64,000 nt of DNA from Trichoplax adhaerens. Lineage: Eukaryota; Animalia; Placozoa. Every line of letters begins with the position of its first letter. Position 1 is the stretch's first letter. Below the pieces are notes generated by a model, which was given only the letters and a program-made list of their open reading frames with translations, was not told the DNA's origin and searched no databases. Shown piece by piece: positions 60,556-64,000 of this stretch. A program made the translations under genes and the position numbers. The DNA lies in contig NW_002060944.1 in assembly GCF_000150275.1 (NCBI RefSeq), forward strand, positions 1,598,911 through 1,662,910. Direction: 5' to 3'.

Positions 60556-63500
60556 TTAATCTGAATCATCTTCATCCGTTGTATCAAAACGGTTCTTCCC
60601 GACTCCCTTTTTTACCGATGATTTTTTTAGGGGCAGATTTTCCATAATTGCAATGATATTGGGATTTTGTTGCAAATTGCTATTATTCTCAGAAATTGAG
60701 GGGTAGTTCTGCGGATTTCTTATTGCCTCCATATCACGAGAACTTTGATGCAATTTATTCAAATTACTGTTATCTGTAGCTTTTTTCGGTGATGATTCTG
60801 CCGTATTTTCATGATAATTATTACTAGAGTCCTGATGTTCTGAAAGCTGGTCTAGCTCGGAATGTTTCTGGCTCTTATTAATAACAACATCGTTACCACC
60901 ATTTTGCGCTATATTTGTAATCTTATCGGATTCAGCTAATTCCGAAATGGATTCAGAAATATTATCATCATTCTGAAATACAGGATTGACTATATTTTCG
61001 CTGTGAGTATCATTATCAAAATTACGAGGAGTGCCGCTCGGATTGTCAAGTAATGCTTCATTTGGAGACGTAAATTGCTGTAGTTCTGGCAATTGGTGAG
61101 ATTGTATATTTACCGGATTTTCTTGTACAATCTGACCTGAACCCTGATCTTGTGATGATAATGACAACTTTTGCGTCTGAATATCTCGCTTTTTACTCTC
61201 ACTGTCTTTGATATAGAATTTAGATTTATCTTTAAAGTTGGATTTTCTCTTTGGAATTTCTGGCACGCTCCCAGGTTCGTAATTAGCAATCTGTTCGGTT
61301 TCGTTGTGTGTTGAACTTTGCTTTCGATTTATTTGTTCTTGTTTACTTTTATCTTCTCCTATAATTTTATTACTTAGTGGTTCATAATGTGATGATGCAG
61401 TACTTGCTCTTTGTTGATCACCAGGTTTTATTTCTTTTAACTGCTGCTTATCATGTGCAGTTTCCTGAAATTGCATATAAGTACTTTGAACATTACTTTG
61501 ACCTTTCCTACTGTGCGCTTTATTCCTATTAACGATTGACGTGTGTTTACGTTTCTCAATATCGAGATTATTCGCAGTTCCATCATTTTTAGACGGTCTT
61601 ACACGTCCTGAAAAACTGCTATGATCTTGCATAGGTATCGGACGCTCGATATCTACTTTTAAGCCGTTTACTGATTTAAGAGATTCAACCGTTTGACCAT
61701 CATTTTCGGTCTTAATGAGTCCAGTTACCTTTCTAAGAATAGGAGTTCGAATTTGATCCACAGTCTTTAAGAAGGATGTTCAAAACAAAATAATTAACTA
61801 TAAATATCTCTAATCTTACATACGTTTGCTTTTTTAATATATTAATTGGAATCAGTTATTTTATACTTACACTTAGATAATTGTAATACTTCGATTACAA
61901 CTGATACAGACGAGGGCGACTTACCTCCTGTAGCTCATGTAATTGCTGTTTACAATTAATTGATTTTGTATCAGTTTTGACGAAATTCTCTCCATTGATC
62001 TCCTTAGTTAATTTATAGGCATTAGTCTTTTATAAAAGTAGAAAAGATGTGTATTAGTTAATGTAATTTACACGGTCCATGAAACGGTAGATAACAGGCT
62101 ATTCCTACAGCTGAATCCATTTTATTCGTGATTTCATGTTATAATTTTGAATTGAACAAGCGAAGGATTGCTAATTTTTTATGCCTTCTTTTCTGATTTA
62201 AAATACTTTGTCAATTTAAGACTCCATATAAAATAATGAATCAATGTATGGAAGTCGATATTAATACTTTACAGTTTTATTTTTCCAGTACTAGTGGCAG
62301 CGGAAACTGAGATCACTAAAATGAATCCATTTGATGAAACCATTTTAGCGGCCCCTGGCTGAAGATTCTACCGTATTGTATGACGTCCATTGCTAGATTT
62401 ATGAATCTTTAGTATAGCCACCTTGGTAGGTTCATAATAAAATACTGATGCATTGAAGTACTCATGTAATACAGTAGCCTTGGTGTATCGCATATAGGCG
62501 TAAATCTAAACAACTACGGTATGTAATGTGAATCTAATTATTCTTCCGCTAGTATACTCAATACATTAGTATTATTCCTAAGACATTGCCTCTAATGGTA
62601 GGGTATATTCAGCACAATGAAAAGACAGTAATTTATCCAGCCTAAATGGAACTACGGAATCTAGTACCTTAGTATCCAGCTCACTTATAGCCAAGTTGAT
62701 AGTGTTGATTGCGTGAGCTAAATTTTTTTCTAAACTTTGTATTTGATCTTCTATATTTCGATTGTTAGCTTTCCTATGCTCAGAGATATAAATACAAAAT
62801 CAAATTTAGTTGTTTAGCGGGATGAGAAAAAGGAGCAATTTTTATCCGTAGTCTGATATAGATAATGCCATAGTATAATACTTTCTCTGCAAGATTTAAA
62901 AGTTTTAATATAACAACCTTTCAGTGATTTCAGCTTTGACTATTTCAGTTATTTCCTGATCCGATGCTTCTGCTTCTTTTTCTAATAAGTTTATTGATTC
63001 TAACAACGAAGATATACTAGCTTGTTGTTTACGATACTCGCTCTAAAAACCATTATTCCAAATAATAATTCATAGCGAATTTTGAATATCAATGATTAGT
63101 ATATCACGCCTTTCTTATTCTACGGTATACAATTAAAACATATTATACGTGTATATGATTATAATTTATCTACCTGGTTCAAATCCTTAAAATCGCCTAA
63201 AGCTTTAGTGGTATAAGATTTTAGAGTGTTAAATTTTTTTTCGATTTGAGTAATCAGCATATTTTCAAAGTTATGGATGTCATCTTGTTGGACTTTAAGT
63301 GTCTTAGGTGGACAAAAATATTTTTACAAGATAAGCACATCTACAGTATATTCAAGTATTATGGAATTATAAAGATTCATAAGTTATAGACGGCGATAAG
63401 AAATTATAGTTGCAATTGCTTCTCATCAATCAAAGTGACAGATTAAATACTGTCTGCCCGTTTTTATTCCTTATTGATAACCTCAGCATAGCTTTCAGTG

Positions 63501-64000
63501 TTATTTTGAATTTCCTGCCTTAGATTGGATTCCATTTGTAAAATTTTACAGTTTTGTTCATTTGCGAAATTGATCAGCATTTTACTAAATCTTATTCTTT
63601 CTCGCTCTGTAGCATTAAAAATTTCCTGACTGACACTTCCTATAATGGCTCTCAGTCTTTCAATTTGTCCTCCATGCTGGTCAATTTTTGATTGTATTTC
63701 GGAGATCTTGCTGATAAATTTAAGATGGATAATTAGAGTTAAAGCTTATTACATAGCTACTGTAAGATGCTAACTGATATTTTAAAGGGGTAGCATAATT
63801 TTCAGATTAAAGTCTGATTGGCTTGGACTTAATGGGTAGACATATTTCTATATATATACCTGAAGTAAGGCTGTTCTACCTTTTGTAGCATTAATAAGTC
63901 AATATTAAGTCCTTACCTTAAGTCCTTATCAGTTCGAGCAGAAGTCGATAAAGTGTCAATCATCTTCTGAAAACGATCGCATCTAGAGTGAAATTCCTTC
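60556..64000 (-). CDS. Uncharacterised coiled-coil protein with long disordered terminal exon; 5' part beyond window end
   Basis: In-frame spliced heptad-rich exons (KEFHSRCDRFQKMIDTLS / KISEIQSKIDQHGGQIERLRAII..QMESNLRQEIQ / ..IEDQIQSLEKNLAHAIN..) and a ~1.2 kb terminal exon (60556-~61765) that is polar and low-complexity, ending TTDEDDSD*. A faint FAM81 resemblance could not be confirmed. Confidence 0.7.

Noticed and set aside
63482-63707. Apparent frameshift in an exon of the last gene
   Set aside because: Recounting shows it is in frame (…ERIRFSKMLINFANEQ…).

Overview
AT-rich (roughly two-thirds A+T), compact, intron-rich eukaryotic genomic DNA. Short GT-AG introns, low repeat content and a conserved animal gene set suggest a non-bilaterian animal, most likely a placozoan such as Trichoplax (inference). 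Twelve protein-coding genes can be reconstructed: PGAP1 (-, runs off the left edge), a trefoil+GH31 lysosomal alpha-glucosidase (GAA-like, +), an intronless F-box/ankyrin-repeat gene (-), USP31/43 (-), LCMT1 (-), MXRA7 (+), NDE1/NDEL1 (-), MEIG1 (-), METTL26 (+), a QRICH2/C16orf96-like coiled-coil gene (-), MLST8 (+) and an unidentified coiled-coil gene (-, runs off the right edge). Most short ORFs in the supplied track are exon fragments or noise. The most interesting non-coding signals are: (1) a GC-rich, highly structured ~155-nt element at 17765-17920 with an Sm-site-like AATTTTTTG followed by two hairpins, a candidate undescribed snRNA-class RNA; (2) a (TACAG/CTGTA)n self-complementary microsatellite that marks most gene 5' regions and is scarce at convergent 3' ends; (3) a recurrent oriented CTAGTAGTCCA motif; (4) a CLEAR/E-box before GAA and an RFX X-box before MEIG1; (5) a small TA-flanked MITE candidate and a 36-bp inverted repeat. 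Exon boundaries were read by eye and some may be off by a few bases.
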